Below, piece after piece: positions 16,413 to 26,213 of a DNA stretch of 64,000 nt. The position numbers and the translations under genes were made by a program. Origin of the DNA: Candidatus Micrarchaeota archaeon (GTDB lineage: Archaea > Micrarchaeota > Micrarchaeia > Anstonellales > Bilamarchaeaceae); the NCBI GenBank assembly GCA_022627495.1, contig JAKEGJ010000016.1, forward strand, positions 16,995-80,994. Direction: 5' to 3'. The notes under the pieces are model-generated. The model was not told the origin of the DNA, searched no databases, and saw only the letters and a program-made list of their open reading frames with translations. The stretch's first letter is position 1; each line of letters opens with the position of its first letter.

Positions 16413-18120
16413 GGGTTCGCCTTGTCAGTATTAATAGCAGAACAAGGAATAAAAAGATTGATATCCCAAGGGAAGCGGCAACCGGTATCGCATAATTCCC
16501 CCATCCTCCGGCTTCCTGCGCATCCTGTGCGCCTTCCGGCGCGCTGCCATCTGGCGCAGCAGCGGCATCGGCCATGTCCGCAGTCGCCGCATCGAGCCCC
16601 GCGGAGAACATCGCAGTGCGGTACGCCACGGAGCTTTCGTTCTGTGCGAGCAGGAACGCTGCATGGGACTGGTAAACCATGCCCCACAAGGACTCCCTCG
16701 GCTCGGAGACCAGCGCGCCTATCTCCTCTTCGCTCGGCTGCCAGCCTGCCGCATTGCCGTTCTCGATGACATACACCGCGTCGTATATCGCCGCGCCATA
16801 CCGGCCCGCGTCGAAATTCGACTGCGCGATGTCCAGCCTTTCAACGTAATCATCGTCGATTAAATCAAGCGCCCGGGCCTCGCTTATCCTCTTCTCCGCG
16901 ATGCCCTTCCACGCGCTCTCGCTTATCCGCGCCCCCCCCGGCGGCGCAGCGCCGAGCAGCTCCTTGGCCACGACGCACCAGGCCTGCGCGTACATCAGCT
17001 CATTATACGCCGCGAATTTCTCGTCTTCGAGCATGCTCTCGTCTATATCCGTGCCCTCAAGCCTCTGGTAGGCCCAGCCCTGCCGCTGGTCCGCGCCCAC
17101 GACCCATTCAAAATTCGTATCCGTCAGGTCCGGCCTCCGGATGCCGGTGAGGCAGATGCCCGCCTCGCCCTTCTTCCGCGCAAGGTCCGGCCCGCCCGAA
17201 ATTATCGCATTTATCGTGGAAATGTCGATGTAGTTCAGGAACGCCTCGTTGGCGGCGCTGAAGAGGTATCCCTTTTCGATGATGCCATCCTGCCTTGCCG
17301 CTTCGGCTTCGAAAAAGCCCCTGATTTCGGCGCTTTCGTTGCCGCTGTCCTCAATCGAAGACGCAAGCCCCCTCTCCAGTTCGACCATGTTCTCCGCCAC
17401 CCGCCGGAAAGCCAGGATGCCCGAGGAATCGTATTGCGGCACGTCCGGCGTCCCCCTTTCAACCACCTCGAGGCCGCCCTCCCCGTCCGGGATGCTCCGG
17501 TTCTCGGTCATGAACCCGATGACATCCCCCACATTCCGCGCCTGGACCACCCTGATGCCGTACTGCCCTTCCATGCCGCGCAGCATCATCATCTCATATA
17601 TGCTCTCAACAGGCGTAATGAAGTATTTCGCGCCCATTCCCGCGGCCCCCCTGGCCTTCTCGTAAAGGCCGCCCACCGGACCGACGCTGCCATCCGGCTC
17701 TATCGTGCCGGTTATCACCGTGTCGTTCCTGAGCGTCCTGTTTTCCAGGAGCGCGTAAGCCATCACGGCAAGCGCGGTCCCGGCGCTGGGGCCGTCTATG
17801 TAGCTTGTCTGGGGGTTGGCGCCGAAATCCACGAGCATATCGCACGTCTCCCCGGTTCCCGAAAGCCCGTACGCGAACGAGACCGCCTGCTCGATGGACT
17901 CCTGCGTCATCACGCCCATGCGGGGATAGACCGTCGTATACACCCGGCCCGGCCCTTCCGCCATGCTTATCGTGACGTTCACCAGCCCCCCGCCATCGCC
18001 CACCACTGCAGGGACAAACTGGGAGATGCTGCCTTCGCACGATGCAAAGGCCGCGGAACCCATGCCGAGGCTGGCCATGAAAACCGCGATGGCGAGTAAT
18101 GCCGCTGGCCCGTGTACCAT
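16354..18120 (-). CDS. Secreted, membrane-anchored S16 (Lon-like) serine protease
   Basis: IDGPSAG (Ser), ITGTIEPDGSVGPVGGLYEK (Lys), signal peptide and C-terminal TM. Confidence 0.88.
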   Translation of the reverse strand: MVHGPAALLAIAVFMASLGMGSAAFASCEGSISQFVPAVVGDGGGLVNVTISMAEGPGRVYTTVYPRMGVMTQESIEQAVSFAYGLSGTGETCDMLVDFGANPQTSYIDGPSAGTALAVMAYALLENRTLRNDTVITGTIEPDGSVGPVGGLYEKARGAAGMGAKYFITPVESIYEMMMLRGMEGQYGIRVVQARNVGDVIGFMTENRSIPDGEGGLEVVERGTPDVPQYDSSGILAFRRVAENMVELERGLASSIEDSGNESAEIRGFFEAEAARQDGIIEKGYLFSAANEAFLNYIDISTINAIISGGPDLARKKGEAGICLTGIRRPDLTDTNFEWVVGADQRQGWAYQRLEGTDIDESMLEDEKFAAYNELMYAQAWCVVAKELLGAAPPGGARISESAWKGIAEKRISEARALDLIDDDYVERLDIAQSNFDAGRYGAAIYDAVYVIENGNAAGWQPSEEEIGALVSEPRESLWGMVYQSHAAFLLAQNESSVAYRTAMFSAGLDAATADMADAAAAPDGSAPEGAQDAQEAGGWGNYAIPVAASLGISIFLFLVLLLILTRRTHGAYGTRFGKADRAKQKKG

Positions 18121-18308
18121 ACGGCCGGTTTCCCCTTCAAGGATTAAAATACCCAGCGCATCGCGTTTCCATCTATCCCTTTTATAAGCACATTCTATAA
18201 CACATCTGTCATACATGCGGGGCAAACCCCCGCGCGAATCCGAACCGGAGCGAAATCCGTCCGGAACGCGGGGGCGGGGTTTTAATTATGCGCATTAAAA
18301 TATCATCC

Positions 18309-19064
18309 ATGGACAAGAGGCTCGAGAAGAAGCTTTCATCACTGCGCGAAAGGATACGCAGGCTAGACAGCGCGGTCGTCGCATTTTCCGGGGGCGTGGA
18401 CAGCTCGTTCCTGATGCGCATATGCAGGGAGGAGCTGGGCGAGAAGGCGGTGGCGGTCACTGCGCTTTCCGACAATTACCCGCGCTCCGAGCTCTCCGTG
18501 GCAAGGCGGGTGGCGAAAATCATAGGCGTCAAGCACGTCGTTTTCGACCCGTCCAAGTCCGCCATCGACACCCGCGCCTCCCGCTCGGCGAACATGATCC
18601 GGAATTCGAACCTTTACAGCTCCATGAAGTGCGTCGCGATGAGGATGAAGCTCAAGCATGTCCTGGACGGCTCGCACCAGGATGACGCCGATGAGCGGGG
18701 CAGGAGCTTCCTGGAAGCACGCCGCGCCGGAGTCCGGAGCCCGCTTCTCGAGAGCAACCTCTCCAAGGCCGAAATACGCCTCCTTGCGCGGGAATTGCGC
18801 CTTCCGAACTGGGACAAGCCTCCCTCGTCATCAATCAAGCCGGGCAAGGCCGCAAAGGCCGGAAAAGACGCGGAAAAGCGCTTCGAGGCCAGGGCATACC
18901 TGCTTGCGCTCTGCCCCAGGGCGTGCGTGCGCCTGCGCGGCAAGAATGCATATATCATCGCCGGGAAATGCGGCATGGTGGCCCTTGCAAGGCGCATCAC
19001 ATCGATACGGAAGAGGCTTAAGTCCCTCGGCTTCTCGGAAGTGTTCCTGAAACCCGCGGAATAA
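18309..19064 (+). CDS. LarE-like PP-loop protein, degenerate
   Basis: AFSGGVDS, SPLLE, KAEIR...LPNWDKP. The conserved LarE cysteine motifs are absent. Confidence 0.72.
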   Translation: MDKRLEKKLSSLRERIRRLDSAVVAFSGGVDSSFLMRICREELGEKAVAVTALSDNYPRSELSVARRVAKIIGVKHVVFDPSKSAIDTRASRSANMIRNSNLYSSMKCVAMRMKLKHVLDGSHQDDADERGRSFLEARRAGVRSPLLESNLSKAEIRLLARELRLPNWDKPPSSSIKPGKAAKAGKDAEKRFEARAYLLALCPRACVRLRGKNAYIIAGKCGMVALARRITSIRKRLKSLGFSEVFLKPAE

Positions 19065-19098
19065 TCTTCGGCAGGTCCGACACCCCCCGGGCCCGGAT

Positions 19099-19668
19099 TC
19101 AGCCGACTTTCTTGAATGCCAGTATCCCCTTTTCGGTGCGGAAGAATTCGTATGATTCGGACAGGTAGAGCTTTTCCAGCGCGCTTCCCGCCTCGGTGAT
19201 GTAGCTCGCGATGTCCCCCTTCGGGATGTCCTCGTACAGGTATCCTATGGAATACCTGAGCTTCGAACTGACGGCTTCCTTCTCCCTTTCCGTAAGGAGT
19301 ATCCTCCGGACGCCGCGCCCCTCGTAAGCCAGGAGCACGGCCGGGTCCTCCATGTAAAGGGCGTTGGCCTCGCCGCTCGTTATCTTCTTGCTTTCCATGT
19401 CCAGCCTGGCCGGCCATGCGAGGCCCACTCCGACCAGCATCCGGTTGACCGTTGCCCCGAAGCTCTTGCCGTAGGCGATGATGTTGCCCACCTCGACCTC
19501 GGTGACGTCGAATGCGCACTTGCGCATCACCTTCACGCAGTCCTCGATGTCGTCGGCGTCGAGGCGCTTGACCTCCACCTCCTCCTCGTCGAGCATGGAG
19601 TGTACGAATTTCTTTTTCGGGGCATCCGCCTCCTCCTTCTTCTCGGATTGCTTGAACGATTCGACCAT
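19099..19668 (-). CDS. GNAT-like acetyltransferase fold protein
   Basis: AVLLAYEGRGVRRILL resembles GNAT motif A; LEKLYLSESYE resembles motif B. Confidence 0.6.
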   Translation of the reverse strand: MVESFKQSEKKEEADAPKKKFVHSMLDEEEVEVKRLDADDIEDCVKVMRKCAFDVTEVEVGNIIAYGKSFGATVNRMLVGVGLAWPARLDMESKKITSGEANALYMEDPAVLLAYEGRGVRRILLTEREKEAVSSKLRYSIGYLYEDIPKGDIASYITEAGSALEKLYLSESYEFFRTEKGILAFKKVG

Positions 19669-19674
19669 AGGAAC

Positions 19675-20022
19675 TCACATGAAGCGCGTATTGCATGCGG
19701 GGCACGAAGTCAGCATGGCCTCCATCTTATACCCGCATATGGGACATACATAAAAGGTTTTATTAGCCCTTTCGAGCTCGGCTTCGAAGTTGTACCTGCA
19801 TTTCGTGCACTTCTTCTCGTCCAGCTCCACAAGCGTCTGGCACTTGGGGCACTTGCGCCTGAACATGCTTTTTATGCGCACGCCGCATTTCGGGCAGCGC
19901 TCCATGCTGAGGTTCACGCGTTCGCCGCAGTTGGGGCAGTTCTGGACCTGGCCCTTTCCGCCCGAACCCGGCGGTGGGCCCTTCGTAAGCGTCTTGAATA
20001 TGTCTCCTAGCCCCATCCTCAT
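19675..20022 (-). CDS. Multiple zinc-ribbon protein
   Basis: Six CxxC pairs (CPNC, CPKC, CPKC, CTKC, CPIC, CPAC). Confidence 0.85.
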   Translation of the reverse strand: MRMGLGDIFKTLTKGPPPGSGGKGQVQNCPNCGERVNLSMERCPKCGVRIKSMFRRKCPKCQTLVELDEKKCTKCRYNFEAELERANKTFYVCPICGYKMEAMLTSCPACNTRFM

Positions 20023-20032
20023 TTCACCCTAT

Positions 20033-23000
20033 TTATCCGCTCAGCGTGCAATTGATGTCGTAATCCCGAAGCGGCAGGTCGATGCCGCAGAAGGTCCCGA
20101 TTTCGCTCACCGTCTTCGGGTCGCCGAGGTTGCACTCCATATCAGGGTCCCCGCTCTTCGAGAAAACAATAGGCTTGTTTATCGAGTTCTGGTAAGCGTC
20201 CTTGACGTAGGTATAGCTCCGGTTGTTGTTGGGCGCGACCAGGCAGCACTTGTCCGGCTTCGGGATGCCGGCAATGACGTCCAGGAAGATGTCCGAACCG
20301 ACCTCGTCCATCGGCCTCGGGCCTACTGTCTGCACGGTCCCGTTGCTGTATTTGAGGGTGCAGGTGTACATCTTGCCCGTTTCGTTGCACAGAGTGCACT
20401 CGCCCGCCCCTGAATCGATGACTATCCCGTCCGGGCACCTGGCCTCGTCCTCCGGCATTCCATCCGGCACGCTGCAGAGGGCGCCGTTGTCGCACATCTT
20501 CGGGTCCCGGTGGAGGGTATTGACGGAATACGCCGAGCACACTCCGGTGCCGACCCGATCCAGGCTGCTGCACCTGGTGCAGTTCATGGAGTCGACAGAA
20601 TTCACCCTGGAGAAGAAGGCCAGCGGCGCGCCGGTGGTCATTGTCTGCATGGCCGACTGCATCGCGCAGAACTTCTCGCCCTTGTGCCCCAGGCCCGATG
20701 AATCGACGCTGACTATGCCGGTGTCCGTGCCGCTTGCCGCGCGGGCCGGGGCGTAGATTATGCCGATTAGGCCGAACTTGACCATCTCGTCCTGCTTCCG
20801 GACGATTTTCTCGAACAGCACCTTGTAATTGGCGTCATTCCAGTAGCCGTCGTTGCTCCTCACGTTGAGCCCTACCAGCATCGAAGGCTTCCCCCTGGAC
20901 TGCAGGGCCACCCTTCCAAAGGAGGCTATGTCGTCGGCTATGGCATCGCTCCGGTTTTCAGCCTGCGCCAGCCCCGAGAACACCGAAGAATGGCTTGAGA
21001 CGGGGTAGTCGAATGTGACCATGTCCACCGCGAATGCCGCCCGCGAATCCGAGAGCACGGAATTCAGGGAATCCCTGAAGCTTTCGTTGCTTGGCGGGCT
21101 GTCCACGTGGAACGCTGTGAGGCAGCCGAAGCACCGCTCGTGGATTATGGATGAGCGGTCGATGATTTCCTCGATTTGCACATCTGTCGCATCGCCGCTG
21201 ATGTGGTTGACTATGACGACCACCGCCCCCATCTCGCCGAAAAGCCTCTGGAAGTCGTACTGCGAAAAGTTCTCCGGCGCCGATTCGTAGAACAGCCAGA
21301 ATCCTTCCAGGTCCGAGTCCGGGTTGCGGATGTTCCAGTTGCTGGCGTCCGTCATGTCTATGACCGGGAGAATGCCGGATTTCATGTAGTTGCCCATCCT
21401 CTCCTTGAGTATGGTGGCCTCCGGGGACGTCCTCGGCGAGCCGATGCCCCCGATGGACTCCTTGTAGTCGCCCACGTCAGTTATGCGGGAATTGACGCAC
21501 GAGACGTTGTCCGTCACAGTGAATCCAGACCAGAATTCGAAGCTGGTATCATATGTCGCCGTGCAGACGCTCTCGAGATTCGCCGGTGTCGTGTTCTCGA
21601 CGTTCGCAGTGTACGCGGGCATGTAGACGCGGGGCTCGGCGGTGATGGACTGGAAGGCGAGGGTGGAAGTCGTGCAGGGCTCGCACCAGCCGTATGTCCT
21701 GGTTACCGGCATGTAGTCCGACTCGTCTATCGCGCAGTTGCCGAGCGCGCCCGTGCCGTCCCTGTACTTGAACAGGTAGATGTGCTGGCTGAAAAGCAGG
21801 TCATACGAGAAGGTCAGGTCCGTTGGCATCCACCACCAGATGACCGTCCTGCGCAAATCGCAGCTGCTGGTCCCGGCCGAAGTTTCCATGCGCTCGGAAA
21901 ACACGTTGTTCCTGCGGAGCACCTGGGGGCCCGAACCGCTCATGTGGTAGGACATGGATTCGAAATAGTCGCTTCCGGTGAAACTGCTCTCGTATAGGCC
22001 CTTGTTGTAGTTCAGCACCCAGGGCATGGAGGATATTACCACGTCCTGCGGCTGGATTTCTGAGCCGCAGCCGTCGTCGAAACCCCCGTTCGTCATCGAT
22101 TTCAGCCTCTCCTTGAAGTACGGGCGGAACGCTGCCATGAGGGAGTCCCAGTCCGGGTCGTCGATGTTATCCAAATCCACCCGGACGTAATCGGCCGTCT
22201 CTCTGGCGTCGGTTGAAGCCGGAGTGCATGGCTGGCTTGCCGGGTTCGGGTCGTCCAGTGCGCACCAGTTGCTGCATGAGGTGTCCATGCCAGGGCACAG
22301 GTTCCGGCAGGCGTTCCAGCATCCGAATTCGTCTTCGGGCGGATAATCGCCTTTCACCGGGAATTTCTGCGTAGTGTTGATGCCGCAGTTCTTGACGAAG
22401 AGCATGTTCTTGAAGTCGGATGGCGTTGCTATGGCGTACCCGATAATCTTGTTCCCGTTGTATACCACGTCATTGTCGCCGGTCTTGCCGAAGAACACTA
22501 TCCCTCCTGCAGGCGGCCTGTAAGCGCTTTCTGAGACATAAGAGCACAGCACCCACTCGTCCTGGTTGTCCTCGGTCGGCTCGCCGTAATCGTGCGTGCA
22601 GTACTTGCGGTATGTGTAATACGAGGAAGTCCAGGATGCGGTGTTCGTCAGCGTCCTCGCGGACCCGGTGTATTTCGTGTAGAACTGGCCCGAGTTGAAC
22701 CCGTCCCAGAAGGCGTCGAGCGAATCCTCGTTGTCTCCGGTCACGGAACCGTAGCCGAAGGGGTGGTTGTAGCCTTCGTTGACCTCCACGTGCTGGGGCT
22801 TTGCCGTCACCGTGGCATATGTGAATGAGGGCGGCTGGCCGCCGGAGCCGGCCGTCACGGATTTCGTGGGGGCGCACACGACCTTGGTCTTCCCGTTCTC
22901 GTCGCTGGTCCTGGCGCAGTCAGCGACCACTTCGAAGCCGCCGGATATGCCAGGCACCGTGAGCAGGACCGTCCTGGAATAGAACTGGGTGTTGCACGCG

Positions 23001-24100
23001 CCGGAATAGCACTCGTTGCCGCGCGAGTCGCATTCGAAAGGCGCCCTCGTCGTTGAGGAGCCGTCGAGCCCGTACATCGTTGAGGCGTGGGCGATTGAGA
23101 GCTCCCGCCTGTAATACTCCTCGTCAATCCTCTTGAAGACATCGTCCTGGTTTACGGACGCGCCGCCGTAGAAATAGAATCCGTGCATCTTATCATAGTT
23201 CGCGGCCCAGTCCTCCCGCGCATGGTGGGCGAACTTGTAGTTGGTGGCGTCGGGAACGACCGGGTTGAATGTGAATCCGACGCTTATATATGATGATTTC
23301 GGGGCCGTGCCCTCCGCGAATCCGAAGGGGTTTGGCGTGCCGAATGCGCCGGCGGCGTCATTGAGGCAGTTCTGCGTTATCCTGGCGTTGGGGTTGTACT
23401 CCGTCTTGGAGCCTGTGAGGTAGTTCATGTACCTGTCGATTAGCCCGGCCTCGCCCGAACCGGAATTTATGTTGCAGTACTTATCGGAAAGGGGCAGGTA
23501 ATACTTGTATTGGTCGAACTCGTCCATGGAGCCCCCGACGCCTATCCTGAAGACGTTTATCGTTGAGCTCGAGCTTTTCATCACCTGGCGCAGCTTCGCG
23601 TCCATCGGGAGGAACCTGCACTGGGCGTTGTAGAACTGGCTCGCGCCGCCTTCCCCGGTATCCGGGGGGATGTTGCCCGAAGAGGCCTCCACGCTCGAAT
23701 CTGGGTTGCTGGTGTCGCTCCCGCTCGTCTGGAAGCCCGGCGCGAAGCGCGGCTTGTATGAGAACTCGCCGCAGACCATGGTCGTGCAGTTCTGGGAGAT
23801 GCATGGCTTGATGTCGTCCTGGGTGCAGAGCGGTATCAGGAACGTCCGCTCGCCCGTAGCCCCGCCCAGGTCTATCGTGACATTGCAGTGGCCGCTCGTG
23901 TTGTAGGCCGCGTCGCTGCTGTTGCAGGGGCCGTTCGTCTGGCCGATATAGCTCTTGTTGGTGAAGTCGGTGGTGTTGTAGAGGACGCAGCCCTGGCTGA
24001 GGTTCTCCTTGAGGCAGCAGCCGAGCTTCACGACCGGCTGCAGGCAGCCTGCCGCGAACAATGCCAGCAATATAACCAAGACCGTCAGCGCTTTTCCCAT
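20033..24100 (-). CDS. Large Cys-rich exported/surface protein (1355 aa)
   Basis: Leader ending LFAAGC; many Cys and N-x-S/T sequons; starts 1 nt after the upstream stop. Confidence 0.85.
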   Translation of the reverse strand: MGKALTVLVILLALFAAGCLQPVVKLGCCLKENLSQGCVLYNTTDFTNKSYIGQTNGPCNSSDAAYNTSGHCNVTIDLGGATGERTFLIPLCTQDDIKPCISQNCTTMVCGEFSYKPRFAPGFQTSGSDTSNPDSSVEASSGNIPPDTGEGGASQFYNAQCRFLPMDAKLRQVMKSSSSTINVFRIGVGGSMDEFDQYKYYLPLSDKYCNINSGSGEAGLIDRYMNYLTGSKTEYNPNARITQNCLNDAAGAFGTPNPFGFAEGTAPKSSYISVGFTFNPVVPDATNYKFAHHAREDWAANYDKMHGFYFYGGASVNQDDVFKRIDEEYYRRELSIAHASTMYGLDGSSTTRAPFECDSRGNECYSGACNTQFYSRTVLLTVPGISGGFEVVADCARTSDENGKTKVVCAPTKSVTAGSGGQPPSFTYATVTAKPQHVEVNEGYNHPFGYGSVTGDNEDSLDAFWDGFNSGQFYTKYTGSARTLTNTASWTSSYYTYRKYCTHDYGEPTEDNQDEWVLCSYVSESAYRPPAGGIVFFGKTGDNDVVYNGNKIIGYAIATPSDFKNMLFVKNCGINTTQKFPVKGDYPPEDEFGCWNACRNLCPGMDTSCSNWCALDDPNPASQPCTPASTDARETADYVRVDLDNIDDPDWDSLMAAFRPYFKERLKSMTNGGFDDGCGSEIQPQDVVISSMPWVLNYNKGLYESSFTGSDYFESMSYHMSGSGPQVLRRNNVFSERMETSAGTSSCDLRRTVIWWWMPTDLTFSYDLLFSQHIYLFKYRDGTGALGNCAIDESDYMPVTRTYGWCEPCTTSTLAFQSITAEPRVYMPAYTANVENTTPANLESVCTATYDTSFEFWSGFTVTDNVSCVNSRITDVGDYKESIGGIGSPRTSPEATILKERMGNYMKSGILPVIDMTDASNWNIRNPDSDLEGFWLFYESAPENFSQYDFQRLFGEMGAVVVIVNHISGDATDVQIEEIIDRSSIIHERCFGCLTAFHVDSPPSNESFRDSLNSVLSDSRAAFAVDMVTFDYPVSSHSSVFSGLAQAENRSDAIADDIASFGRVALQSRGKPSMLVGLNVRSNDGYWNDANYKVLFEKIVRKQDEMVKFGLIGIIYAPARAASGTDTGIVSVDSSGLGHKGEKFCAMQSAMQTMTTGAPLAFFSRVNSVDSMNCTRCSSLDRVGTGVCSAYSVNTLHRDPKMCDNGALCSVPDGMPEDEARCPDGIVIDSGAGECTLCNETGKMYTCTLKYSNGTVQTVGPRPMDEVGSDIFLDVIAGIPKPDKCCLVAPNNNRSYTYVKDAYQNSINKPIVFSKSGDPDMECNLGDPKTVSEIGTFCGIDLPLRDYDINCTLSG

Positions 24101-24101
24101 G

Positions 24102-25124
24102 TCATATCACTTTGCCTACCATTTTTGTCAGCTCGAACGTGTCCCCGCCGAGTACCGACATCATGTACCTGACAAATACCATGGTCATGAAGAATGCCAC
24201 GAGGGGATGCAGCATGAGCGTCACGTACGATTTCGAAAGGTCGTTCCTCAGGCTGTCGAAGGTCAGTCCGGCGCTGCTGCCGAAGCCGGCGCTTTCAAGC
24301 GAGGTGAGTATCGAGACGGCGCTCGTCATCGTCGGGTAGCAGAGCGGCTGCGTCTGCGCTGTGTTCATCGCGGCCGGAAGCGGCGTCGCGACAAATCCCG
24401 GGTCGAGGAGCACGAAGAATATCGGGAATATGAAGTACATGCCGATGCCGAGCGCGATGAAGAGGGCGCCCGGGCCGCGCGTGATGTAGAAGCTGCGGAG
24501 CAGGATGCCGACCGGTATGAAGACGTGCAGCATGTTTATGCGCAGGTATTCCAGGAGGGACGACTGGGCATTGAGGCCGATAAGCATGACCGTCGCGAGG
24601 TTGTTGGTGATGCGGGTGGTCTCGGTGGTCCGGTAGAGGCCAGTGAACCAGTCGCCCTTGATGAACGTGACGCCGAATATGCTGCCGGCCATGTTTATCG
24701 CGTTGAACTCCAATGCGGTCATGCCCGAGCTGGTGAGGCCGTCCTGGATCGCCGCCACTTCGGCGGCCCTGCTCTGGAGCCTGCACCGTATGGCGTAATA
24801 CGCCTGGTCCATCGTGGAGTTGGCGGTGGTGCCGATGTGGATTGATTCGCCGCCGCAGGCGACTTCCCCGTGGATGAGGCCCTGCGTTATCTCCATCGCG
24901 CTTCCCACCATGGCCACCAGGAATATGGCCATGAAGGCGGTCGCGGCCGCCTGCAGTATCTCCGATTTGGCAAAGGCTTCCAGCTCCCGGACCGAGAACG
25001 CCCTCCCCACCATCAGCAGTATGGTATGGAAGAGCACCGCTGCAATCACCGCCACCAGGGAGAGCGGGAGCCAGTTGGCCCATGTCCCGTAGAAGCTGCT
25101 GATTGAGAGCGCAAGGAAAGCCAT
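24102..25124 (-). CDS. Multi-pass membrane protein, paralog 6 (CedA/VirB6-like, tentative)
   Basis: AFAKSEILQ; GILLRSFYITRGPGALFIALGIG; C-terminal LGGDTFEL. Confidence 0.8.
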   Translation of the reverse strand: MAFLALSISSFYGTWANWLPLSLVAVIAAVLFHTILLMVGRAFSVRELEAFAKSEILQAAATAFMAIFLVAMVGSAMEITQGLIHGEVACGGESIHIGTTANSTMDQAYYAIRCRLQSRAAEVAAIQDGLTSSGMTALEFNAINMAGSIFGVTFIKGDWFTGLYRTTETTRITNNLATVMLIGLNAQSSLLEYLRINMLHVFIPVGILLRSFYITRGPGALFIALGIGMYFIFPIFFVLLDPGFVATPLPAAMNTAQTQPLCYPTMTSAVSILTSLESAGFGSSAGLTFDSLRNDLSKSYVTLMLHPLVAFFMTMVFVRYMMSVLGGDTFELTKMVGKVI

Positions 25125-25127
25125 GCA

Positions 25128-26213
25128 TCACACCAGTTGGGTTATCCTACTTAAATCTATCTCCTCGCCGTAGAGGCGCGCGATGTATCCCACGCTCGCA
25201 ATGGTCGCGAGCAGGGCAATGCTGGGGAAGAATATCGCGGCAACGAACGCGTTGGAGGCGAAGCCTATCGCCCCGGACATGTTCTCTATGTTGACGCCGC
25301 TGCCGTAGCAGCCGCCCCTGTCGAAATAGCACCCTTTTACGAAGCTTTCGCCCCCGGTGCTCATCGCTAGCATGTCCCCGCCGTTCACGTAGCCCTCCAT
25401 CCTCTCCTCGTTCGTGTTGTACGTGCTCATCGGCTCGGAAAGCGGGGTGTACCCGTTGTCGGCATCCACGAGGACGTTCCTCATGAGGTAGAATACTGCG
25501 AGCAGGAACGGATAGACTATAAGGAACGATATGGCCAGGGCCACGAGAAGCGAGCCGAATGACCGCATATACGGCATCGAGCGCATGAAGACGCCAAGCG
25601 GAAGGAACAGGAACACGAAGCCCTTGTACACGAAGAGCAGGATGAAGATGAAATTCAGCGACATGAAATGGGCGATTATTGCTCCGTTGAAGAATATGTT
25701 CATCGCCGCGGTCTGCACGGCGTATCCGCCGAGCGGCTGCTGGCTCACTCCGGAATACCCGAAGAGGCATCCCCAGCCTATCCTGCCCGTGCTCAAATCG
25801 CATATGAAGGCGTTGAAGAACGAAAGCGTGGTGTACGATTCCAGATGATAGCGGACAACCGTCAGCGCGTTGTGGGAGTATATCGCCGCGTCGTTGAGGT
25901 ATCCCCTGGCCGCCCCGTAGATGTCCGGATTGTCGGCTGAGGCCGGCATGTCGAAGATGGCGGCTATCTCGTTTATCTTTATGGAGCAGAACGTGTTCAT
26001 GGTCGTGATTATGAGGAACACCGAGACAGTCGAGACGATGAACTGGACCGCCTCGGTCTTGCTCCAGAGCGTCAGTTTCGCGTTGCTCGTTGCGGTACCC
26101 GCCATATAAGCTATGCCCAGCAGGGCGGCCAGCGAGCTTCCTGCATATGCCAGGAGCGGAAGTATGTTCTCGCTGAAAAACGTCCCGAATTCAGGGTCGC
26201 AAAGGAATGCCAT
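25128..26213 (-). CDS. Multi-pass membrane protein, paralog 5
   Basis: LWSKTEAVQ; GVFMRSMPYMRSFGSLLVALAIS. Start MAFLCD overlaps the upstream stop (TGATG). Confidence 0.8.
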   Translation of the reverse strand: MAFLCDPEFGTFFSENILPLLAYAGSSLAALLGIAYMAGTATSNAKLTLWSKTEAVQFIVSTVSVFLIITTMNTFCSIKINEIAAIFDMPASADNPDIYGAARGYLNDAAIYSHNALTVVRYHLESYTTLSFFNAFICDLSTGRIGWGCLFGYSGVSQQPLGGYAVQTAAMNIFFNGAIIAHFMSLNFIFILLFVYKGFVFLFLPLGVFMRSMPYMRSFGSLLVALAISFLIVYPFLLAVFYLMRNVLVDADNGYTPLSEPMSTYNTNEERMEGYVNGGDMLAMSTGGESFVKGCYFDRGGCYGSGVNIENMSGAIGFASNAFVAAIFFPSIALLATIASVGYIARLYGEEIDLSRITQLV

